Below, in pieces: positions 36,041-49,247 of a DNA stretch of 64,000 nucleotides. Numbering within the stretch: the stretch's first letter is position 1; each line of letters opens with the position of its first letter. The DNA is from Camelus ferus (Eukaryota), in NCBI RefSeq assembly GCF_009834535.1, contig NC_045697.1, positions 22,508,001-22,572,000 on the forward strand, read 5' to 3'. Under the pieces are notes generated by a model. That model was given only the letters and a program-made list of their open reading frames with translations. It did not search any database and was not told where the DNA came from. A program made the translations under genes and the position numbers.

Positions 36041-38599
36041 ATTATACAATGTTATCTCTTACACATACTATAGTTTATGGCAGGGAAAACCCTCCCAATG
36101 TAATGGGAATAGCATGGCTTGAATTCTTGCCAAAATTTTCCCTATCCATGAGGAAGACTCCCTTTTCTTTAAATATATATCATTAATACACAAATACATA
36201 CACATCTGAGAAACTACCTAGCAATGAAGTCTTCCACAATGACTTTGGCCCAAATAAATTAGTTTAAATAGTTATTGAATAGCTACACTGTTCTTTCAAT
36301 GTACTAGATGATTACATGTGGGAAAGCTAAATACTGTAGTGTCACAGGAAGGTTGAACATGGCATTGACAGGCAATACGCTCCCCACGTGAGAGGGCTGC
36401 ATTCCGACACCCAACCATCATTGTCCTCTTTGAAAACTGCAACACATAAATTCCACTCATGTTCCATTATACTATTACAATTCATCATCAGATACTGTTT
36501 TGTTTTGGTACATATGTCATAGCCCTTTCACACAATGTTATGGCTTATATAACTTACATTTCTCATGGATCCCTCCAGCAAAGTCTGTCTTAGTCTGTTT
36601 GGGATGCAAAGGAAATCATTCAAAAGCACTGGTGGCTTTACCATGAGAGTTTTGCAATGAACAGGGAGGGAGCAGTAATTTCACAGCTGAGATAAGTATG
36701 CTCAGCTCTTTTACCCATTCCATTATTTTCTAAAGCATTTAAGTGCTTTAAGTGTTTGGTTTAAAAAACTGTAAAGATGGAGCAAAACTCTGCGATATTA
36801 GAAGTGCCCTGTTTTACAGTTAATCAAAAGGTCAGGGGGCCTCTTATACTAACCAAGTCTCATCAGGGTAGTTCATTAACACAATTAGAAAAAAATGCAT
36901 TCTCAGTTTCTGCTTTCTATTCATTTTAAGGCACTTTCTGCCTTGCTTAATCAAATTTAACATAGGAGACTTTTCCTGGCTACATAATCAACACGTAAAT
37001 TAAAATGCACAGGGATCTCCAAAGAATAAAAAAAGTTAATCATTTAATCGTTTTTTTCCCCTGTATGTATTGGGTGGAGAATGTTTAATTACAAAGAAAA
37101 ATAAAGGAAAGTATATATATCTTTAACATACATTTATTTCTTTGATACAAAAATGTGACTATAATTAATAGTAAAATGACAACACGAATATTGAATTTTC
37201 TGCCCATTTTTAATAACAGGGATTTTGACCAATCAAAAGTTGTCATTTTAATTGAAAACTTAATTGATGGTGATGTGTTTTCATAAAATACAGAAGTTTT
37301 CTGTGGTATTTTCTTTTTGTATAAAAGTGGCCATGCATTTATGAAATAAATGAATTGTTTGCCCTTATGAAAACTGAAAATATTGCTGAGGACCAAAGAG
37401 AGAAACTGAGAACTCATTTGACATTTTATTAAGAAGGTTCAAGAATAGTTCACCCGGACTGTAATTTGCCATCCATTGAAGTTTATGAAGGAGTTAATAC
37501 AAAGTGTGGCTATTGAAATTTCTATCTATGCAATTTCTACCTGCACAAGATTATTGTGAATAAGTTCACTTTCTAGCCTGATTTTTCTGACTTCTCAATA
37601 TTTTTTGCATATCGTCAAAATGTTAAAATGTTGAGTGCAGCCAATGCTAGTAACATCTGGCTTCCCTTTTTAGTTTGCATCATCCTGCGTAGTATAAACT
37701 TCTCTTTTACACGAGGAGTTCTTAGGCCATTTATTTCCCTCTTAAGTGTGACTGCTGTGATTTAAATCAGTAAAAATTCACTTAATATTGCTTTCAGTCA
37801 TTCACTTAAGGATGCAATAGTTGTCCTTTATTTTTAGAGATAACGTGATTAACTTCAGAGATGTCAACCAGTAAGAAAGACCCGCTAACATATTTTATTA
37901 TCCAACTTTTTAAAAACAAGTCTTATACTAATGATTCAGAAATGTTTTCAAAGATCCCTAGGGCTTTGTGCTCTACCAATGCCCTTCACACTACTTCTCA
38001 GAAAAATAAGATATGTATATTGTATTTATATGTGGGAAGTTTACTTTTCTACATGCCGTACATATTTTGACAATGGAACATTCTAAGTATTCTTCAGTAC
38101 TAGCAAATCAGGGTCTCAAGTAAGAGTCATCCAATGACCATTAAAAAATTTTGTGTGACTTGGCTGTTATGGGCAAAAATGTATAAACATAAATAAAACT
38201 TGATCTTGACCTTGAATAACTTACAATTAAGAGAGAGAAACAAAATCAGGTTACCACAAGGGGATGCCTTTTGGGATGGTAGAGACTGAAAAAGCCTCTG
38301 ACCTTTATGAAATTCAGTAATATTGGTTACCAAGGAAAAGTGTTAACATAATGGCATGCAAATTTTAGGCCTTGATATTCCTAAAAGATAAAATAACCCA
38401 ACTACATTGTTAAAATGCATATGTGTTTGGCTTCTCTCTCTCTCTCTATATATATATACATGGATGTATATATATATATGCTTATGTTTGTATTTAATTC
38501 ATATAATGAGAACAAAATCTAGCTGTAGATATTCTTAAAAGATAACATAGAACAATTATGTAACTATATATATATAGAAAACATATTTACGTAACTATG

Positions 38600-38756
38600 T
38601 TATTTTCCCCCATAATAGCCCTATGATTTACATATGATTTTCATTTCCACTATACAGATAATAAAGCAGAAGTACAAAGAGTGTAAGTTAAGTTACTTGC
38701 ACAAGGTCATATACCTAATAAATGGGAGAAATGGGATTTGAACCCCAGTAGTCTGG
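38600..38756 (-). mobile_element. MIR SINE
   Basis: GTTAAGTTACTTGCACAAGGTCATATACCTAATAAATGG ... GGGATTTGAACCCCAG. Confidence 0.8.
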
Positions 38757-41199
38757 AAATAAGTAGAAGAATCTTGTGTGGCAGACTAGGGAAATAAAAT
38801 CCTAACTTACAGGACAGGAAAGTCATTAACTGCTTCCAAGCAAAGGTGTGATAAGCACCAGTGGGCGTTCAGAACATAAGGGCAACTGTGTTACAGAAGG
38901 ATGGCTTTCTTCAGTCCTGCAAATATGCAATATTACCACAAGGTTTTATTTAAATAGTTTAATTATTTTTATTTAGACAGTAGTCTTTCGAGTAGAAAAT
39001 CAATTTTTTTTTTGATTAAGAAGCATCAAAAAGGCAAAGACTAATCAGTAAACAGCCTTAAAATGACATTTGGTTTTGGTAGAGTGAAGGGAACCATTGT
39101 GAATGTTTCTGAAAGAATGAAAGGAAACAAGCAAATGCCCTAGAAAGTCTTGTAAAGTTTCAGGTTCCTGTTGAAGGGGTGTAGCTTTTTGTTGTTCATC
39201 GTTGGTACTTATAAATATGAATGAATTTCTCCGATTGCACATAGAACTACCAGGCTCCAAGGAAGAATGCTTCGTACTTGGTGACTGACCAGGCTGTGAA
39301 GAGCTACAACAGAGAGGCTGGGCGTTCCCCATTGGGCTATTTATGTGGTCCACGCTATCAAATGTATCTATATAAAATTTTGACCAACAGGAATTTTCCT
39401 TTTGTTCTTTTCCTTCTGAACAATTAGTTTTGGAGAAGGGAGGGTGCTGTCAGATGGTCAGCTGGACCTTTAAATTTTCAGATCCACTGGTTGAGGAGTT
39501 AATTACTGAAACTTTCCAATTGCACAGGAATCATAGAAAAAGCCACGGCCTTGTATTATTTACCCAAATAAACAACATTCTTTGGAAGAAAACAGGCAGT
39601 TTCACTAATAAAAAATGTAAATTCCAGCTTCATGTGTTATTCATGAATGTTCTGATACCACAATTGTTATTTTCAAGTGTTTAGCTACTGTGAAAAGCAT
39701 CTTCGGCAATGATGTTGGAGGTTGACTGCTGAATGTCAGAAATAATGATCTCGCGGCACTGTAATCTTTGCTGAATGAGGTCTATTATGTGTCATATTTG
39801 GAAGAATATTTGTGTTGCTGAATGATTTTAAACTAATTATCGAATGCTGCTTGTATTTCATAAAATATAATGATACTCATACAAAGAACTTTACTATTAA
39901 CACTGCTAAGTCCAATTGTGTACATCATATTTGGGAAGCAAACTAAAATTGACTTATTTATCAGAATACAAATACATTGTTATTGGAATGTGGACACAAC
40001 GTATAAATGTTTTCCTTGCTTTCAGAAGAACTCAATTCGGATTGACTAGTAATAGCATTTGTTTTCTACTGTTACAATGATTATGTTATTTTCATATGAA
40101 AAACTTAAAAGTAAACACTATGAAGTAGCAAATGTCTTTGGAACATCTTGGCTCCTCAATCACCTCTCTCTGCCAGGCCAGTTTATTTACATTGTGGTCC
40201 ATTCACAGACACGGGTTCAGCAAATAAGCTGTCAGTTTGATCTAAACCTTCATAAAAACGTATTATATTTGCTTAACATTGTTTAACATGGCAGGCATAT
40301 GTATTAAAATAAAAGTTCTGCATTTCTAGTAAAAACAAACCCATTATATTGCTCTCATACTTCTCTGAGATTTCAATTCATATTTACTGTTATCTTGGTT
40401 GCTTGGCTTTTAAAAATTGAAAACAATGGGGAAAGAACTTCAGTGTTGGAACGTGCTTACCTTGAAAAAAAAGGCACATATTTGGGTGTGATAATTTTCT
40501 TTCTTTTACCTTCCTACAAGGCTAGCATGTGGTATCAGCTGAGGAAAACATAGCCTCAGCTAAGGGGGGAAATGACGTTAACATTGTCATATAAGGGTTG
40601 GAGAAAGATGGAAATGTTTTGGCTGGGATTTATCGAACATGAAATTGGAAACAGATGATGATAAAAATAAGAATGCTCAGTGCAAGGAGCACTTCCTCCA
40701 TTTCAGGAAGTATTCTTTGATGCAACAGAAGTGTCGCCCAGTGGCCTTCTCTCACTAGTTTCTGCTGCCTCTTTGGAAATGCCTTTCAATTACTCCTGAG
40801 AATCCAAAAGTTATACTCCAAGGAATCACAAATCAGTCCATCGCAGTGTCACCCCATTCTTTCTTTCCACTTAAAGAACCAAGCAGTAAAGTCTACTCTC
40901 CATGTTAACGCTTGAAGGAACCTCAGTATTGACCCTGGCAAATGAGAGAAAGGCATTACTCATGACAAGGTCTCTGGACACATGCAGATACTCCCAGTGA
41001 CACTTGAGTGAGAGGGATGCACAGTGAGATGCATCATATCTCATTGCAGAATGGGGCCGAGGGACACTCACTTGGCACTAGGCATTATCATGTGAACTGT
41101 GGTGGCACTTCTATTTGAGCTAAGAGATTCACAAATTCTCTTTTTGTTGGCACCATCAGTTTTAGTCTTCTATATTATGTTCAGAGAAAATAGATACCA

Positions 41200-41362
41200 G
41201 TGTATGTGTGTGTCCGTGTGTGTTAGAGACAGACAGATACACAGAGGCTTAGAGAGACACAGAGAAACAGAGACAGAGAGAGAGAGAAGACTGAAATACA
41301 AAGAAAGAGATGGAGAGAAACAGAGAAAGACATACAGACAGATGGACAGACAGGCAGAGATA
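41200..41362. repeat. (TG)n followed by (GA/GACA)n purine-rich low-complexity tract
   Basis: Read directly; explains the spurious ORFs 41099-41374 and 41170-41436. Confidence 0.85.
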
Positions 41363-41791
41363 GGCAATGATTGAAAGGATGTGTGTTCATGTTTGTGACA
41401 GGTGGTGAAAGAGAAGGTGGAATCCAAAAAAAACAAAAAAAAAAAGGGAAGGAAATGTGTTATTTACTTCAGTAATACCTTAACACAGTTATTGGAATAA
41501 TCAAAGTTCCCACGTTCCAATAGATCATTTTGGTATCTGGGAGAAGGTATCGCAAGAAGACTATTAATAAAAGTCAAGAGAAGCAGAAGGTGGTACATAT
41601 TTAAGGTTTAGGCAATACTGAAACTATTCCCAGTGCCAGATGTACACACATTCCACAAACTAATGCAACAGGGCAGTTCTCGGGCCAAGTCATCCACTTT
41701 GCATCATTCACTGGATAATGACTACACACACTGTATTTTTTGACTTTAGAAAGAACACATATCATCACCCCAGGAAACCACAGATTCCCTC

Positions 41792-41792
<1 letters not shown>

Positions 41793-41839
<47 letters not shown>
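41793..41839. repeat. (AC)23 microsatellite
   Basis: Read directly from the sequence. Confidence 0.95.
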
Positions 41840-41843
<4 letters not shown>

Positions 41844-44800
41844 GCTTGTTTATCTGCTACAATCAATACTACTCAATAATTCCCCTTAGTCCTTCTCTGA
41901 CACAACTTTTGATTTCTAACCCTCATTTACTATGAAAAAAATAGTCTATTTAAAATTCAAGCTAGGTATATCTATATATTACATAAAGGCAAGACATATA
42001 TTTTTTGATCCATACATAAACCCCCAACACAAGCATCATAAATAAACCCTAGATATTCACAGTTAGTAACAACCGTCACTCAATAATAGAAAAGAGATTT
42101 AGCGAAATCGAAATGCCAATTCTAGGGACCTCCTTCTAACACAGGGTCTACGTAGGGACATGCAAATTCAGTAATCTTACAGATATTTCTTTAAAAATCA
42201 TGCCTATAAACGATCCTCATTTAACCCTAAGACATCAGCTTTCTAGCCACAAAGTAACAAGCTCATTGCTCCAAACAGTGAAGTCATATATTTACCTGTA
42301 TTTACATGTGGCCTTGATAAGAGGAAGAGTCTTTTTTTTTTTTTTCAAAAGAAAAATCAAGGGCTCAGAAGATCCCATGTAAAATTAACAGTTAAAAAAC
42401 ACTGCCTATCTGGAAAATGCATGAGAATAATAAAAGAAGGAAAACTTTAAGACAATGACTATCCAAGATTATGTAGGGAAGAATGCATGTAAGTTTGTCG
42501 CAATTTCTTTTAAAAACCCAAAATTCTAAAGTGCTTTTCATCTAGTTCTAGAAAACATAGGATGGCTGCATCAAAGAGTAAGTATACTGGTCCACACTTA
42601 ACAGAAAATAAATTTGGCTGTATTTGATAGCACACTGTTAAAAAAGGCACATGTTTACATGTGCGTACATGTGCTCGCACCCACACCCACACCATAGCAT
42701 TCAACTTAAGAGCTGGTAACTCATCAATACAGTTCTGGCAATTCAAACACATATTGGGCATGCACTGTACATCAGAAATTCTTTTATGTTCCAGAAATAG
42801 ATAGGACTAAGTAATTTTCCCTACCCTGAAGTGACTTCCACTGGAGTCAGAAAAAAGGTGTCAAAAAACCACTACTAGACAATGTAATGAGTTTTTGAGT
42901 AGAGGTAAGTACAAACCACTATGGGAACAAAGGGCCATGAGCAATTAATTCTGCCTTGTTCTTGTTATCACCCTGTAAGTGTATCACCTCTGAGTTTACA
43001 TCTCACAGACTACATACAATATCACCACAACATCAGAATTTTTCACTGTCTTACTCAATAACTTTTGAAACACTTGATCTGTGAATTCTTTGGCACTCCT
43101 ACCCCTTGACTCCTCTACGTTTTTTTTCTTTTAATGACTCTATTCCATCTTCACATTGTTCTCTAAAAAGTCATTTTCTCAGTCACTCCTCTCTCATTAT
43201 TGATTCTTTGCATTATTTTTACAGGAATCACACAGGGGAAAACTTACTCTGGCTTAATCCAGCTTATTTGTTGCCTGGAGACAATGGAGTACTACCAAAG
43301 AAACAGACTCATGCAGCATAAACCCGTGATCCTTAAACATCGTCCTCAAAATAACCCTCAACATTTCATCCATTCCAGTAACTTCAATGCCTTTATACAG
43401 GTTTATAATTCTAAAAGATGTATTTCCAAAAGAGATTGAATTGATCAATCAGTTGATGGATTTTGCCCTTTGGTTACCTACTGGACACCTCTACTTTGAT
43501 ATTCAGTAGCCCCCTCATAGTAATATATTTAAAACAGAGATCATCCTTTATTTAATTAACTTATCAATTGCTGGTAGTCAGGTCAGTAAAGCCAGTAGTG
43601 CCAGCATGGTTATTGAATACCTAGACTTTTATTTACAGTAAAGCCTCTACAGGTCAGCATATTGGAATATGCTAATTCTAGACACTCAAGTTCCAAGCCT
43701 ACTATTCCTAGACTGGAGGGGAAAAAAAAAACCCACAGAAAACAAATGTAATTTGATTTACAATCCAGAGAATATTTTTCTTTAAAATTTTCAAGACCCT
43801 CTTATATGAGCCCCAAGAAATTCAAATTCAAATTTTAGGTTAGGGCTATCCCATCAATCAAATGTTTACCCTTCAGTTGGCAGGTGAGACAGGAAAAGTT
43901 TCAGTTGACTAGACAGAGATCTCTTAGACTTTAAGTGATAATGATTTTGAAAATTATTGCTAGTAGTTAATTTTTTGATTTGACATTATTTAAAATAAAA
44001 TTCTGAATTAATCTAAGCCATATGTAGGAGTCTTGAGTTGTGTGAATGTACAGTAATTAATGAGAATCACAAGCATCTGTTCCAACTGGTGAGCTGACAC
44101 AAGTTTGAAAAGCAACTGGAAACAAAATGTTGATGGAGTGTGGTCATTATCCTCATGCTGATTAATCTTATTCATCAGTCTGTCAGAATATTAAGTCATG
44201 CAAAAACATGTTCTATTAATAGTGACAAAAACATGATTGTATATATTTTCAAAACCTCTGTTTTCTTAATTTCTTTAAAACTGCATTGGGAATTTATAGG
44301 CTTAATTCACTGCATTGGTTGGGTGAAGTCACTTTGTATAATTTGCTAGGTAGTAGTCTGTGGATGTAACCAAAGAAAGAGAATCCTTATTTTAGGAAAA
44401 TCCTAAAAATCACATTGCTGTCACCACTGGAAAAAATTCATGTCAATATTTATATCTTATTGAGTTGTCCGGACTTAATAATAATGTGTAAAGGTGATAG
44501 AAGAGGCATTCTGTTAACTTTGCCTTTGAAAAATATTTTCTGTCATTATTTACAGAAAAGATCTATTGTATGAAGTTAAATTTGTAGTGCAGTTTTTGTC
44601 TTGGCCCTACTCAAATTAAGTAGCGGCTTTGCCTCTGGTAGTAGAGCTTATGCATAGTTTATTATGTGTATTACCATGTGAGAAAAGGGATATGTTTAGA
44701 AAAATCTTACTATGCGTGTTTTAGGTCAAGGATTCTTTAAGACAAAGGCACAATTCTTCAACATTTACCACGTGGCCAGGACAAAAGTGGTTTAACCACA

Positions 44801-45429
44801 GCAGGGTCAGCGGTCATGTGAACACATTGGAGTGACCCATCATTGGGGGAGTATCAATTGCTTTCTGTAAACAATGGGAAAACTTTTTAATTTGGCCAAA
44901 ACCAACGCCACAAGTGAGTTATAAAGATCTTTGCTGTCAAATGAAATCAATTACAATGTAGCTACAAACACTTGTTATGTATTCACTTTATTCCAGAGAG
45001 ACGGCAAAGAAGGTTTTATTTTCCTTTATAATGGCTAGTGGAAAATTGTTTATTTGTTCTGGTGTTGTTGCTTATCGGCTATTGTAATCATTCAATTAAT
45101 CTGAAAATTGCTATTCAAAGCTTTCTTTACATTACTCTCTATAGCCTTTACATAAATATTAAATTTGAAAACAGCATAAAATTCTATATGTTGCTATTTT
45201 GCCCATCCTTGAGTTTGCTTACAGAATTAAAGGGTCAGTGGTTTTTAGGGAGTAGGTGAAATATTTCAATCCTTTTTCCAGTAAACTATCCATGTGCCTT
45301 CTAAGATATTTGACTCAAAATGTGAGAATCAAACAAACAGACAAATAAAAAATAAAATATAAAAGAAACTCTGAAAATTAATGCTCCCAAATAAAATATT
45401 TACCTCTTTTATGTCCAGAATGGCATGAA

Positions 45430-45545
45430 GGTAAACTGTTTAAAGACAGGGATTTTTGCGTGTTTTATTCGCTACCATATCTTGAGGGCCTGGAAGAGTG
45501 TCAGGTACATCTTAGATAACAATATTTTTTTTTAAAAGACCGAGT
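45430..45545 (+). mobile_element. L2 3' end
   Basis: GTAAACTGTTTAAAGACAGGGATTTTTG ... TTATTCGCTACCATATC ... GCCTGGAAGAGTGTCAGGTACAT. Confidence 0.55.
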
Positions 45546-47559
45546 AAGTGCCCAAATCATGTGAATAAACTACTTTTTAAATTAAGTGAGACTGAATTAT
45601 TTCAATTTTCTGTAAGATGCATTTGATATGAACAATTAACTGCTTGAAATCACTCCTCAAAAAGGATAAAAATCTGAGCGGAAAAAAACAAATGACACTG
45701 ATAGTGTGAAAAATAGTTTGAAATTCTCCTGCTTACTAAAATAAGGAGGAAGGGGATTGGAATTAACGTGCTCTCCTGGGGATTACAGAGTCCTCAAGGA
45801 CTCACTAGAGTTTAAAGAAAATTCTTCAGACTCTCATATGAATAAAAAATATTGGAATCATTTTTCATATTCTTGATTACCCCAGGTATTTAATACAGGA
45901 AAGAAAATCCAAGTTATAAATGTGACTACAGGGAAGCAATCATCAAAAAGTGGTGAGAAATTCTGAACTGTATTTGTATGAATCATAACAGTCTTAGAAT
46001 TGGAATTAAGCATACGTTAGAGGTCTTTTACCTGAGGAAATTATTCTCTCTTCAATTATAATACACACTATTACAATACATTTTCATTTGTCTGGGTTCT
46101 GAGTTACTCAAAAGCTCAACTCACTTATTTTCCCACTTGACTTTTATGAGAAAGAAAGAAATTATAAATAATAGGAAAGATAATTAATACATTTAAAGAT
46201 GACTCTGGGGTACTTCACGATCCTGAAGTGTCTTTTCAGTCATCAGGAAAAGATACAATTATCATCAGTATCACTTTAGTGCCAGCTCTTTAACTTTATA
46301 CCCAGGCATGGAAGCCCTACCTTATAAGGATGCTCTGCACTGCAGGATATACCATGGAACATGTGAGTGTTATATAAACAGGGCAAGACACAAGACTCAA
46401 ATGATGCTGAAGGAAGAAAAGCGAGACACCATGGAGAAGACAGTAAGCAGAAACAGGGTAAATTGTGAGGAATCCGGGACAGAAACAAAGAGGGAAAGAA
46501 AAATTAAAATTTGAAGCAGCAGATATGGCAGGAAATAAAAGAAGGGACTGGAAAATTCCTGATTCTGGGGGTAAAATAGAACACACTACTCTTACCTCAC
46601 ATTCTCTTCCAGTTCTCTGAAAGAATTTTATGCAATTACTAAGACACTATTTTCCTATTGTTTCTTTACAAAATGCCCCAATCACCAAGGTAACCTTAAA
46701 AGGATCTCTGTTGCTTACAATCCAACTCACCTAACAAAAGTATGCAGGCTAGGATGGAATTCTTAGAGAACACCTCTTGGTCTGATAGTTACAACATTCC
46801 TAACAGTGAAATGACAGCTTTTCCTCTAATCACTTCCAGCCATGGGAGTGCCTCCATGACCCCGAAATCCTTTTAAAAATACTCATAACGTTTTTATTCT
46901 CTTCAAAATATTAAGAGGTGTAGAATCTTCCCATCATTTCCCTTCTTTTTACCTGTGCCCGCCTCATCCGCTGCCCACCTCTTCCTTCATATCCTCCTGT
47001 TCCTACTTTTTCTCCTCACCCTTCTCCTTGCCAACTCTCTGCCCTCCTGCCCCTCTCCTGCTTTCTGAATGTATAAATGGTTTAAATACGGTGCTAAAGT
47101 ATGTACTAGAATAAACTGTGCCAGTGTGTTAAATGTTAGTTGCCGAGGCTCCCTGGGTGTCACAATAATTATTCAGTACATGTAGTTAATGCATTCTTAA
47201 ACAGTAATCATTACTACTTGCTAAGAACAGGTAAAGCTATTAAGAGGGTCTCAAAACAGAATAACCTTTAACACATCTGAGCAATAAAAGAGTTTGTAGT
47301 ACAATTTATGAGGTTTCAAATCCCAAATCCTCACTTTGAGAAAAGAGCCTGGTGGGTGGTATTTTCTACCCTCAAAGGATCAACAATTGCTTCTTCTCTA
47401 TTTCACTATTATTTGAATCGCTGCTATAAAAGAATTGGAGTAGCATAGACGGTCTGTTCTCTAAAGTTTTCTTGACTTAAATCATGCTGATGAGCCAAAA
47501 CATTTCCTATAAGTCATTTCTAAATGTTACGTAGTGAAAATTCATGTGGGCTTTAATTG

Positions 47560-47705
47560 CAGCTCAAACTCTTATTTGACACCCAGTGTTGTCAATTACT
47601 ACCTTGTGACCTTGACTTTATCTCCTTGACTCTAATTTCCTCATTTGTAAAACTGGAACAATAAAATTGACTTTGCAGGGCTATAGGTAGGAGAAATTGA
47701 GGTAT
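47560..47705 (+). mobile_element. MIR SINE fragment
   Basis: TGTGACCTTG ... TAATTTCCTCATTTGTAAAACTGGAACAATAA. Confidence 0.65.
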
Positions 47706-48669
47706 TTTTAAAATGTCTCCCAAATAATTGAACATATTGCATATATATGGATATATGTTACATACACATATTATATAACCTACTTTGTAGTATATAATAA
47801 TATATATATATAGTATATATATATAATATAGTGATCATGGATATAAACATACACACAACCAGGTGTCACTGTTAATGTCTTATTAAAACATACCTTTTTC
47901 TTCTTATTGCCTAAAATCTGATTTATTTGTATTCTCAATTTCGTTTACAAATTTCTGAGTTTTAAAATATTGAAGGACTCTGAAGAAATATTGAAATTAT
48001 TTTATAGGTAATATAAACTATACAAAATACATTTTAATTTATAGTTTATCCATGTGCAGCTCTCCAAGATTCTCCTTCCTCAGAGCCCACCAATTTGATC
48101 GAGTCAATAGGAAGACTTTTCCTTGACATCACAAATAACCCTTTATTTGCCTCTTCAAACACTGGTCCAATTTGACATTGAATACCAAATACATTGACAT
48201 TATATTTGTATTTATATGTTATATTTTTGCAAGACACATATGTTGGGACTAAGGAGGCATAGACATAAACACATAAAAAGTATTGGATAGCAAGATTTCT
48301 TTATTTGTTAAAGTTTTTTTCAGTCATTCACTAAAACAACATATTGGCTATTTATGATAAAAATATACTGGGTGATACAGAGAAGAGATAATTTCTGCTC
48401 CCAAAGAGCTGAAATTAAATTCTCCAATCCTGTTTCACAATGGACTAAATTTAACAAGTGTTCGTTGAAGGACTAGTGTGTACACAGAAATACATTGAGT
48501 GTTGTAGGAGATACAAAAATTAAGACAATAGAATGCTTCTTAGAGTTTTGTATGGTTGACAAATATGTTAAAGATATGTAATCAGTACATCTAAGATTGT
48601 AACTTCCAACAACACTAATAGTGATTTCTAACACTATAGAACACTTAGATTGTGACAAACATGCCTCTA

Positions 48670-48830
48670 GGTATCTATGCATATTGACTCAGTTTGATCA
48701 TCTTAAAAATCCTCTGTGTTAGACAGTATAATTCTGATTTTACAGATGAGAGAATCGAAGTGCAGAAGTTAAACAATTTGTTCAAGATGGAAGGTGGAGT
48801 TGATAGGCAGATGCAAAGATTTTAGTCTGA
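48670..48830 (-). mobile_element. MIR SINE fragment
   Basis: ATTTTACAGATGAGAGAATCGAAGTGCAGAAGTTAAACAATTTGTTCAAG. Confidence 0.65.
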
Positions 48831-48921
48831 AGAGAAAATATAAACAGAGGTGTCACAGTAAAACGCTGCAAGTGGCAGTCTATAAACAGTGACAGATTCC
48901 TTCTGCTGAAGAAAAGCCATA

Positions 48922-49247
48922 CAGTTGACCCTTGAACAACACAGGTTTGAACTGCCTGGGTCCACTTACACACAGATTTTTTTTTTCAATAAATATAGTT
49001 CCTCCATTTTTGTTTTACAGATCTTTAAATTAACTAAGTGTAGGGGAAAGTTTATGTTCAATTAGACATCAAAATATTTGGAATCAAAAGAGCTAGGATT
49101 TAAGTCTTGATTCTGTCTAAACTGTTTTCTTGTCCTTGAGTGAATCATTTATCAGTTCTTTTGTTTTTGAGGCAGAGACAGTGGTACATGGATTTTTGAC
49201 AGCAGGGGGTGGACACCCCAACCCCTGAGTAGTTCGAGGGTCAACTG
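48922..49247 (+). mobile_element. Tigger2-family MITE (Tigger2a_Art-like), complete
   Basis: TIRs CAGTTGACCCTTGAAC ... GTTCGAGGGTCAACTG, with TA target duplication at 48920-48921 and 49248-49249. Confidence 0.9.

Noticed and set aside
41099..41436. R/E-rich and S/L-rich overlapping ORFs
   Set aside because: These are translations of (TG)n and (GA)n low-complexity sequence.
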